A stretch of DNA of 64,000 nucleotides, taken from a virus. The translations under genes and the position numbers were made by a program. The notes below the pieces were generated by a model. The model did no database searches. It saw only the letters and a program-made list of their open reading frames with translations, and was not told the origin of the DNA. Shown here piece by piece: positions 56,440 to 64,000 of the stretch. Location of the stretch: the IMG/VR virus record IMGVR_UViG_3300027996_003225; one strand, written 5' to 3'. How positions within the stretch are numbered: the stretch's first letter is position 1; every line of letters starts with the position of its first letter.

Positions 56440-57119
56440 CCCTTCCTTTTGACAACACTAATAAAAATCAAAGAAAGTATCAGTGTTTTGTATGCGGCAG
56501 ACAATATATGTCTTTTTCTGAATTTAAGGAACATATATTAGAAACCCATGATGAAGGTCGTGAGTTTCTAATATGCCCATGCGAACACTGCGGTGCTCCT
56601 GTCAGGGATATGAGGATGCACTTCAAGGTGAAGCACCCACACTCTCCCATCCCCAAGAAGGGAATGATGAAAGCACTTGTCTGGAAAGATATGTCTCCAA
56701 AGAAAGGGAATTCAAAAGGCAAAAAAACTAAAAAGCCTAAATTCAGAGAAGGATATTACGAATCTGCAAAAATGAAAAAATCGCTCCACTACCGATCTGG
56801 ATATGAAGCGACAATATACGAATGCCTAGATTCTTGGCACAAGGTCGTGGCATTCGAAGTAGAGCCTTTCGAGATACCGTACATCTATAAAGGATCGGGA
56901 CATAAGTATATTCCTGATTTACTTGTTCACTACAAAGATGGAGAAAAAGAAGTTTGGGAAATAAAACCAGCAAACCAAACTACTCTTGAAAAAAATACCC
57001 AAAAATGGAGAGCAGCAGAGTTAGCATTAGAACATAGAGGGTGGAAATTCGTAGTTGTTACAGAAGTTGGAATAGATAAACTAAAGCAGTTGGTAAGAAA
57101 CCAATTTTTAAACGATTAA
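56436..57119 (+). CDS. C2H2 zinc fingers fused to TnsA-N/T4 gp4-like endonuclease
   Basis: CFVC..H..H and CEHC..H..H; YRSGYE..EP..IPY..YIPD..EIKP. Confidence 0.8.
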   Translation: MTLPFDNTNKNQRKYQCFVCGRQYMSFSEFKEHILETHDEGREFLICPCEHCGAPVRDMRMHFKVKHPHSPIPKKGMMKALVWKDMSPKKGNSKGKKTKKPKFREGYYESAKMKKSLHYRSGYEATIYECLDSWHKVVAFEVEPFEIPYIYKGSGHKYIPDLLVHYKDGEKEVWEIKPANQTTLEKNTQKWRAAELALEHRGWKFVVVTEVGIDKLKQLVRNQFLND

Positions 57120-57589
57120 TCGCCTTTAATTACTCTAAATGAATCTTCATCAAAGTGTTGCGTGCTGAACTCAAAGAGCCAAGTGTCTTTGATGCCTTCC
57201 ATCATATGCCTTAGACCAATAGGAATTTGAAACGTATCCCCTTCTTCTAAAACTATAATTCCATGTTGTGAAAATTGCTTTATCTCTAATTTTTCCCCGT
57301 CTGCTGTGATGGTTTGTCCTTTTTTATCAACAGGATACATTTGGTTTTTCATCAAATCAGAGTGAACATCATCATCGCTCCACCAAACTTTCAATTCGCC
57401 CTTATGCACATAAAAAGTTTCTGTTTTAATCTTGTGGTAATGAAAGCTACACTTTTTTCCACGCTTAAAAAACAAAAGCTTTCCACAATACTTTTCAGAA
57501 TTGACTATCCAGTCTTCATATCCCCACCCTTTTGAAACAAAGACTCTGCTAGGTTGAGGAGTTACTTCGTGCCCTTGAATGTGCCTCAT
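57116..57589 (-). CDS. Cupin (sugar isomerase-like)
   Basis: KGWGYE.W..YCGK.L..SFHYHKIKTETFY..RH. Confidence 0.8.
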   Translation of the reverse strand: MRHIQGHEVTPQPSRVFVSKGWGYEDWIVNSEKYCGKLLFFKRGKKCSFHYHKIKTETFYVHKGELKVWWSDDDVHSDLMKNQMYPVDKKGQTITADGEKLEIKQFSQHGIIVLEEGDTFQIPIGLRHMMEGIKDTWLFEFSTQHFDEDSFRVIKGD

Positions 57590-58296
57590 GCTATCGCCTT
57601 GTATCTATTTTTGATATATGGAACTACAATTTCATCAATCTTTTTATAAAGATCTTGAACAGTTCCATCATTACGAATAAACAAATGAACCAAGTCGGCA
57701 CCCTCTGGCAAGCTGGTTAGCTCATTGGGATCTAAATTTAAAAGGAAATCACCTGTGTCTCCCTCTACATTTGTTTTCTTCCAAAAGTCTACCGCAGGCT
57801 TGATTTGCTTTTCAGACCCATTGGGATCATCGTTTTCACGTTCTGGATGCCAAACTAAAATATTTGTGCCGTTAACCGAGAATATCTTGTCTAATTCATT
57901 TATGTATCTGGCATCTGAAATGATGACTGAATCTTCTCTATTTAAAAACGGCTTATTAAGCCACACATCGCCCTGAATTTCTCGAAAGCCATCGCCTATA
58001 AATTGTAAAGATTGCCTAACGGGCTTTAAAAATCCTGGCGGAGGTTCTGGAATCGTTTTCCACTTTTCGATAAAGTCCATATCGACACCAAAAGTGTCAC
58101 AAAAAACCTTTTTAACCCCTGCGGCGAATGCATCTCTCCGGTAAGAAAGGTTGAAAATGCTGGATGAGTTGAAAGGACTTTGTATTGGGCGGCGATCAAG
58201 TATAGCGGAATACAAGTAGTCGGCAATTGTGTCTTTACCATTTTGCATCTGTCCAGCTACTCCAACAGCGGCAAAATTTAGATTTTCGGCTATCAT
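57586..58296 (-). CDS. Deoxynucleoside monophosphate kinase
   Basis: GQMQNGKDT, FA..VK, R..LQ..G..FR, IISDARY.NE, NDG. Confidence 0.85.
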   Translation of the reverse strand: MIAENLNFAAVGVAGQMQNGKDTIADYLYSAILDRRPIQSPFNSSSIFNLSYRRDAFAAGVKKVFCDTFGVDMDFIEKWKTIPEPPPGFLKPVRQSLQFIGDGFREIQGDVWLNKPFLNREDSVIISDARYINELDKIFSVNGTNILVWHPERENDDPNGSEKQIKPAVDFWKKTNVEGDTGDFLLNLDPNELTSLPEGADLVHLFIRNDGTVQDLYKKIDEIVVPYIKNRYKAIA

Positions 58297-58360
58297 TTTA
58301 ATTTCCTGTTAAATATAATAAAATATAACACTAATTTAACTACAACAAGGTTGAAAATCA

Positions 58361-58639
58361 ATGGCAAAAAAAGTAGAAAAAACATGCAAGAACTGCCAAT
58401 TATACAACCAAAAGAGCGGAGAATGTAGTGTAATAGTCCTTCATGAAGGAGAAAAAATAAACATTCCTGTTGATCCAGAGGATGCATGTTTTTTTGAAAA
58501 TGAATTCATAGAAAAATATAAACCTATTCAGGACGTAAAACAAGTTAAGCTTTGGGTAGAAGATCCAAAAACTGGCGAAAAGACTACGGATGGAGTCGTA
58601 AAAATAGAATACCCAACTGATTTTTTTGGTGAAGAATAA
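58361..58639 (+). CDS. Hypothetical protein
   Basis: CKNC..C..C, coupled to next gene. Confidence 0.6.
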   Translation: MAKKVEKTCKNCQLYNQKSGECSVIVLHEGEKINIPVDPEDACFFENEFIEKYKPIQDVKQVKLWVEDPKTGEKTTDGVVKIEYPTDFFGEE

Positions 58640-58640
58640 T

Positions 58641-59762
58641 ATGGCGACATTGGAAAACTGCTGCGGAGGAGGAGGAGGAGGAGGGGTAGACTCAAACTGC
58701 TGCGGTCCTTTTAGCCTCGGAACGCCTGGCAGTGGTTGGTCCTCTTGTTGCGACAACGTTTGTCCGCCACCCGTTTGCTGCTGTGGGAGCGTTACGTTCA
58801 ATTATCAATGCGGTGGAGGCGGAACTGGTGCGTCAGACTGCTACCCTGTAAACCCATGCGACCTCTGTCCTCCACCTTGTGAAGGTAGCCCGCCATCTTG
58901 TACTCCGCCATCATATGACCCGCCCGATTGCATTCCATCTTGCTGCCCGCCGTCGTATGACCCACCGTCGTATGATCCACCGTCATATGATCCACCGTCA
59001 TATGAAGATCCACCAATCACGTCCAGCGTAGCGTTGAGATTTCGGTCCATTCTGCCAGAGGGTCATCCTGATTACTCGAATAATAGGTCAAATCTATCCT
59101 ATGCCTTGGAAGATTTTCCAGGAATAGAAGATTTTACGAATAGTTATATTGGCATGGAAAACAACCCCAACTATACCAAATTCGCTCGTGAATCTGGTTC
59201 GCATTTGCCAAGCCGTGAATATATTTCCAGCGAGGATTCTTTTGAGTCTCTTGGAGCCATTCAGTCTCTTGAAGTCACTCCCAGTCCATCTGTTATTGAC
59301 CCGTCCTGTTGTTGCGACCCATGTACTTGTGCAACGACTAGTGTCACCGTGACTTTCTCAGGTTGCTGCCTGTATATTGATGGGTGCAGCATCACCACTG
59401 TTGGATCTGGAGACCTAACATGGAACTCAGCATTCACTGCTGGCAGTTGCAGTGGGACAGTTTCTGTAAACGGGGACTCATCAGGAAGTTTATCTGTCGC
59501 AGACGGCGAGTCAGTCAGCGTATCAATCAGTGGCGTCTCAGGTGATTGCTGCAATTGTGAATTAGTATCTCAAACAGGTTGTGGAATCGCATTTGACAAT
59601 AGCAACCTCTACTCTCTTGTAAACGGGAAGTTAGCGTTAAACAAAAAAGAGTACATGAAGCAAAGAAACGCCCTAATCAAACACAGAGCGGAAACGAAAC
59701 TCAGAAAATTATCCAAAGAAAGAAAGAATTCTTTGCTAAACAAAATCAGAAGAAGAAATTAA
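58641..59762 (+). CDS. Cys/Gly/Pro-rich repeat protein with basic C-terminal tail
   Basis: About 32 Cys, SYDPP repeats, Ser/Thr/Gly beta-like region, K/R-rich end. Confidence 0.7.
   Translation: MATLENCCGGGGGGGVDSNCCGPFSLGTPGSGWSSCCDNVCPPPVCCCGSVTFNYQCGGGGTGASDCYPVNPCDLCPPPCEGSPPSCTPPSYDPPDCIPSCCPPSYDPPSYDPPSYDPPSYEDPPITSSVALRFRSILPEGHPDYSNNRSNLSYALEDFPGIEDFTNSYIGMENNPNYTKFARESGSHLPSREYISSEDSFESLGAIQSLEVTPSPSVIDPSCCCDPCTCATTSVTVTFSGCCLYIDGCSITTVGSGDLTWNSAFTAGSCSGTVSVNGDSSGSLSVADGESVSVSISGVSGDCCNCELVSQTGCGIAFDNSNLYSLVNGKLALNKKEYMKQRNALIKHRAETKLRKLSKERKNSLLNKIRRRN
58950..59009 (+). repeat. 15-bp coding tandem repeat x4 (PSYDP)
   Basis: ccgtc(g/a)tatga(c/t)cca units; a fifth copy near 58908. 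Confidence 0.85.
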
Positions 59763-61789
59763 GTTATATCCTTTGCGCTTTGACAAATTTTATCTATAGA
59801 TTCCTTTTTCATGTTCAAAATAGATTGAACTTTTCCTTGATTTGAAGAAACATCTTTTGCGTTCTTTATCCCAGCCTTCCAGAGTTTCTCTGCTCTGACC
59901 TTTCCTATATTTGCAATCCCACAGAGGGAGAGCAAGTGTGGTTTGACTCCATAATTAATTCTTAAACTTAGAGTCTTAAACCAATCTTTTTTGTTCCACT
60001 TGCAATTCATTTGATCTATTGCCTGCAAGACCTGAATCATCCTTGGAGCATCCCATTGCAGAGTTTTTGAAACTCCAGATATACTTCCACCGTGAATCCC
60101 ATTCATGAGACAATAATACGCATATCCAAATTTTATCTCTGGGTCTTTGAACTGAAATCTGCCGTAAGATTTTTGAACCATGCTTTTAAAGCCAGCCATG
60201 TCTTTCTTTTCAGCATTACTTATGATTCCCGCTCTTGCATTTTCTACGTTAGCAAGAGCCATGGCCACTCTTAAATCATTGTCTTCATATCCGCCATCAA
60301 ACACATCTTTAAAGTTTCTTCTTAAATCAGCAACATCAAAAGGACTGAAGTAAAACAAAGAAGCAACTGTTCCAATGGCAGTGGCTTTATAGATGCCATT
60401 GTCTTCTTTTATTGCCCTGCATTTCAAAAGCATATCAATAGTAGAATCTGCTATTTGGTCATCTAGATCCTTCGCTTGAAAGGATGCCAAGCTTTTTTCG
60501 TACCACTTATGCAGATCTTTTTTATTCTTAATCGATCCGTGGTGAATTTCACTGACTAAATGAAAAGCAAGAGTCTTGTACTTAGCTTTTTTTCCATTTC
60601 CAACATGTTCTAATAATCTAGACTCAATTTTCTGATGTGCTTTTAATCTACTTCTATGCTTTTCTTCATTGTTGTGAGGCAGAAGTATATAAACATCTCC
60701 ACGAGGGTCATATCCAGGTCTGCCAGCACGCCCTGCCATCTGCCATATATCATACGTTGCAACCTCTTGCATACCCCTGTGTACTCCGAGAATTATGACT
60801 CTACGAGCAGGCATGTTGAGACCCCAAGCAAGAGTTGAAGTGGCAACAATTATTTGTAAATTTCCTTCACGAAATTTCTTTTCTACAGAATGCCTTTTGT
60901 TCTTATCTAAATCTGCGTTATGAAACTCTGCTTCATATCCAGCTTTCTCCAAAGCCTTTTTAACCATATGCCCCGTTCTTTTGGTATGGACAAAAACGAT
61001 AAACTTGTCTTCTTTATAGTCGTTTATGATATTCAGGGCAGAATTTAGTTTTTCCTCTTCTATAGACTCATACTTTCCTTGAGAAATATAAGATTCATAA
61101 TGCACGCCCAAAGGACACGGCCTATATTCCGATTCAATTAAATACGTTTCTTTGCCTGTAAGTTGGTAGCTGATCCACTCGGCTATTTCTCCAACATTAG
61201 GCATAGTAGCAGACAGAAAAACAACTCTAGCATTGGGGGCGACTTGAGTAAGCTTCATCAAGCCAACTTCTAAATGATCGCCCCTGCCTGGTACGGTCAA
61301 AAGATGAGACTCATCAACGACGAGCGTTCCTATGTCTTTGAGCCACTCATTGTTTTCAGATTTATTGTTCCTGCATCTGGAGTTCAACATCTCAGATGTC
61401 ATCAGAACTATGTCTGAATTTTCAAGCTCTTTTTTTCTGGCCGCTGTCAGTCTGTAGTCGCCTGTACAAATGGAAAGATTACAATCTGCAAAGTGGTGAT
61501 TGGGATCGGTCCAGTCGTCAATTTTCTCTTTAGCCAATGCTTTTAGAGGTGCTAAGAACATGGCCTTGCCGCCACGCTCTCTAATCTCATGAGCCATGAT
61601 CATTTCAGAGCATATGGTCTTTCCCGCTGATGTCTTTGCTGCAACGATGACGTTGCAATCCTTATCGAATAATTCAAATATCCGACTTTGAACCGGATTG
61701 AAATTTTCAAAAGGAAAGTTTGCGTATGAAGGATATTGCTCAGTAGGAACCAAATCATTTTGATCAGTCAGATTTTTGACTGGTGGCAC
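59759..61789 (-). CDS. Ski2/Hel308-like SF2 helicase
   Basis: TSAGKT, DESH, SAT, TLAWGLN, QMAGRAGRP, C-terminal HhH; GGAG SD before GTG. Confidence 0.9.
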   Translation of the reverse strand: MPPVKNLTDQNDLVPTEQYPSYANFPFENFNPVQSRIFELFDKDCNVIVAAKTSAGKTICSEMIMAHEIRERGGKAMFLAPLKALAKEKIDDWTDPNHHFADCNLSICTGDYRLTAARKKELENSDIVLMTSEMLNSRCRNNKSENNEWLKDIGTLVVDESHLLTVPGRGDHLEVGLMKLTQVAPNARVVFLSATMPNVGEIAEWISYQLTGKETYLIESEYRPCPLGVHYESYISQGKYESIEEEKLNSALNIINDYKEDKFIVFVHTKRTGHMVKKALEKAGYEAEFHNADLDKNKRHSVEKKFREGNLQIIVATSTLAWGLNMPARRVIILGVHRGMQEVATYDIWQMAGRAGRPGYDPRGDVYILLPHNNEEKHRSRLKAHQKIESRLLEHVGNGKKAKYKTLAFHLVSEIHHGSIKNKKDLHKWYEKSLASFQAKDLDDQIADSTIDMLLKCRAIKEDNGIYKATAIGTVASLFYFSPFDVADLRRNFKDVFDGGYEDNDLRVAMALANVENARAGIISNAEKKDMAGFKSMVQKSYGRFQFKDPEIKFGYAYYCLMNGIHGGSISGVSKTLQWDAPRMIQVLQAIDQMNCKWNKKDWFKTLSLRINYGVKPHLLSLCGIANIGKVRAEKLWKAGIKNAKDVSSNQGKVQSILNMKKESIDKICQSAKDIT

Positions 61790-61814
61790 TTCGACACTCC
61801 TTCAAATAATAAAA

Positions 61815-61928
61815 ACTCACAGAGTCGGGAATCGAACCCGAATTAGGGAATGACCCTTTACAGATCCACTATCGACGCTCGTGCCACACGATATAGGGTA
61901 TTGAACCTTACACGCCGCATCTGTGAGC
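61815..61928 (-). ncRNA. 114-nt tRNA-like structured RNA with two T-loop hairpins
   Basis: Terminal stem GCTCACAGA/TCTGTGAGT, TAAGG-TTCAATA-CCCTA, GAT-AGTGG-ATC, TCGGG-TTCGATT-CCCGA, then T-run. Confidence 0.65.
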
Positions 61929-61948
61929 CGAAAGCTCCACCACTTCTG

Positions 61949-62248
61949 TTACGCATTCTGTCTTTTCTTCTTATCAGAAGATTTTTTGAAAGATTTTGAA
62001 TCTTCTCCATATCTCCTAATATTTTCTTTTTTAACATAATCTCCAACCATGTCAAGCATGTCGAACCATTCTGTACATGAAGAAGCGGCAGAAAGCCAGT
62101 TATCAACACTTCTTTCTCTTGATAAAAACTCTGCCGACTCTGCTTTGTCTCCACTCAGAGAATGAGTGAAACGAATCGATAGATAACGTAGATCTTCGTC
62201 AGAAAGCTTTCTGACATACTCTTTTAAAACATTCTCAATCTTTTTCAT
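61949..62248 (-). CDS. Hypothetical protein
   Basis: 99-aa ORF with GGAC/GAGGG upstream. Confidence 0.6.
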   Translation of the reverse strand: MKKIENVLKEYVRKLSDEDLRYLSIRFTHSLSGDKAESAEFLSRERSVDNWLSAASSCTEWFDMLDMVGDYVKKENIRRYGEDSKSFKKSSDKKKRQNA

Positions 62249-62263
62249 GAGTCCGTCCCTCTA

Positions 62264-62557
62264 ATGTTAGACCCTAGTGAATTTGAAAAAATAATACTTT
62301 CAAAATGGACAGAGTTCTTTGACAATAGAAAATTACTTTCTATTGCAAAAAAATTAGCAATAGAAAATCTAGACATAGATTCCTCCTGTCAGATTACAAA
62401 GCTAACTCTATCTCGTTTTGAAAAACAAAAATCAAGTTTTTTATTATGGATAGATTATACAATCCTAGAATATAAAAACAATATCACTTCGGCAACTAGC
62501 GAAATAATTTTGAACAAAGATGGAAAAACCATCCATATAAAAACAATTAAAAACTAA
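62264..62557 (+). CDS. Hypothetical protein
   Basis: 97-aa ORF. Confidence 0.5.
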   Translation: MLDPSEFEKIILSKWTEFFDNRKLLSIAKKLAIENLDIDSSCQITKLTLSRFEKQKSSFLLWIDYTILEYKNNITSATSEIILNKDGKTIHIKTIKN

Positions 62558-62856
62558 ACTACAGATAAAATGTGTTGTTCTTCTCCATTTTGCCCGATGG
62601 CTTGGTCCTCAAATATAAACTTATTTGTATCGGCGTTAAAACTCAATCCTAAATTGTAAGCATCCATAGAAGCAGTTCTGCCGTCTTGGGTCGCTATCAT
62701 CCAACAGTAATTGTCTTTCTTTACTAAATCGCCAACCTTGTCCTCTTGAACTGTCCCAATCTCTAGAACAATACCATCGGGTAAAATAAGTTCGACGTAT
62801 CCCTCTTCTAAAAGATGACTAATTAGAAGTTGTTGAATTTTTTTAGATTTATTCAT
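62554..62856 (-). CDS. Hypothetical protein
   Basis: 100-aa ORF, GGAG upstream. Confidence 0.6.
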   Translation of the reverse strand: MNKSKKIQQLLISHLLEEGYVELILPDGIVLEIGTVQEDKVGDLVKKDNYCWMIATQDGRTASMDAYNLGLSFNADTNKFIFEDQAIGQNGEEQHILSVV

Positions 62857-62942
62857 GTTTCCACTCCTGTATTTAAGTTATGAGCTTCCTTCTTATATAC
62901 AAATAATAAGAAAGGAAAACTTAAAAAGAAAACAAAAGATAG

Positions 62943-63410
62943 TTAATAAAAATTAACTGTGGTAGGGTCAATATATCCGTATTCAAAGCCTTCATAAACA
63001 CATCTTTCAACACTCTCTGACTCTTCAAGATTACTTTTCATTGGCTTCCCTCCATCATCTACTAACAAAGTCCAACAATAAATTTTCCTATTACCTCTGA
63101 GCATCTCCACAAGAGAGAGACGATGGCCGCCTAGAATCTTTTGGGCTAATTTTGCAACCAAGTTAAATGGTAAAAAGGGAGCATCTTTAGACATTACTTG
63201 TAATGTCTCTAAATAATGATTTTCATACTTTGCTTTGCTAAAATGTAGGATTATTCTATATCCATCTATGGTGCAATCTGTAATTTTTAAAAAATTTAAA
63301 TCATCTTCCCAAACTGGATCGCCTAAAGGAAAATTATAAGGAATTAATAAATTCCCCATATTCTTCATACGATCAATTATTTCATCTAATTTAAGTTTTT
63401 CATAAGACAT
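62943..63410 (-). CDS. Hypothetical protein
   Basis: 155-aa ORF, GAGG SD. Confidence 0.6.
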   Translation of the reverse strand: MSYEKLKLDEIIDRMKNMGNLLIPYNFPLGDPVWEDDLNFLKITDCTIDGYRIILHFSKAKYENHYLETLQVMSKDAPFLPFNLVAKLAQKILGGHRLSLVEMLRGNRKIYCWTLLVDDGGKPMKSNLEESESVERCVYEGFEYGYIDPTTVNFY

Positions 63411-63451
63411 AATGTACCTCAGAAGTATATATTGATAAGCATCTGATAAAA

Positions 63452-64000
63452 TTAAAATCTGTACTCAGTAGAGTACAGATTTTTTTCATCGTTCAAAGAA
63501 TTTAAAAGGTCATTGTCGCTTAATCCCATAGATTTTATAGCCTCATCTAATTTCTCTTTAGATTGTGATCTTGATAAATTAGACCACACTCCTGGCGAAT
63601 CTGAATCAAAGATATTGTTTTTTAAACGAGCTAAAAACCAATTCCTAACTTGTTCCATCCCTTTCGAAAGAATATATTCCTCGTGAAAAAACCCTAAAAA
63701 GTACAAAACTTCATCAGGATCTAACCAAAGAAAAGATGACCAAGGATCATCACACTTGTAACTTCTTGGAGCCATTGCCCAACTTGAAACGTCTACAAAA
63801 TGCAACAAAAGTTTAATCCAGTTTTTGACCAAGAAAGGATTAACGCAACCATCTGATTCTATTATTCTAAATTCTATAGTATTTCTATTCCTTCTGCATT
63901 TATGGTATGTGTTTAAAGAATAATATTTCATAGTTCCTAAAGAGTTTATTATCTCTCCATCTGAATAGTCACAATCGTGCTCAAACAAGTCTGTTAAACC
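63452..64000 (-). CDS. C-terminal part of a putative amidoligase (COOH-NH2 ligase type 2); 5' end probably beyond window
   Basis: KYYSLN..RNTIEFR..KNWIKLLL pattern. Confidence 0.6.
   Translation of the reverse strand, partial: GLTDLFEHDCDYSDGEIINSLGTMKYYSLNTYHKCRRNRNTIEFRIIESDGCVNPFLVKNWIKLLLHFVDVSSWAMAPRSYKCDDPWSSFLWLDPDEVLYFLGFFHEEYILSKGMEQVRNWFLARLKNNIFDSDSPGVWSNLSRSQSKEKLDEAIKSMGLSDNDLLNSLNDEKNLYSTEYRF

Noticed and set aside
61815-61928. tRNA-Met(CAT)
   Set aside because: The CAT-containing hairpin has only a 3-4 bp stem, there is a ~45-nt insertion with an extra T-loop, and there is no CCA; not a normal cloverleaf
61858-62154. 98-aa ORF
   Set aside because: Overlaps the better ORF 61949-62248 in another frame and runs through the structured RNA
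1-64000. Stop-codon reassignment (code 15 or code 4)
   Set aside because: Recognisable genes are full length under code 11, and both TAG and TGA end real genes (e.g. TAG at 606-608, TGA at 1364-1366)

Overview
A gene-dense, AT-rich 64 kb segment, mostly on the minus strand and readable with standard code 11. It is most consistent with a jumbo/huge T4-like bacteriophage. The support is inferential: many short orphan ORFs, infC without rpmI/rplT, a lone rpsU, a BppU-like virion protein, a gp4/TnsA-like nuclease and YopX. No capsid or terminase gene lies in the window, so phage identity is not proven. It carries host-like genes for translation and protein quality control (map, def, infC, rpsU, tmRNA, clpP, dnaJ, GroES-like, ppiC), nucleotide metabolism (dCMP deaminase, guaC, folA, thyA, dNMP kinase), a prkA-yeaH-spoVR operon, a TPP decarboxylase plus aldehyde dehydrogenase, and many glycan-modifying genes (hldE, GT9-like pair, ugd, GT2, GT17, methyl- and sulfotransferases). 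Main discoveries: (1) an intein-free split DnaE whose halves lie 4.5 kb apart and share a duplicated sub-domain; (2) an ORF-less 223-nt group I intron inside the PHP active-site motif of the N-half, missed by the ORF track; (3) two non-canonical tRNA-like structured RNAs; (4) about 8 unrelated small proteins sharing an N-terminal motif resembling the T4 capsid-targeting sequence; (5) a metallothionein-like lipoprotein and a Cys/Pro-rich repeat protein. All calls come from reading motifs by eye; no database searches were run.
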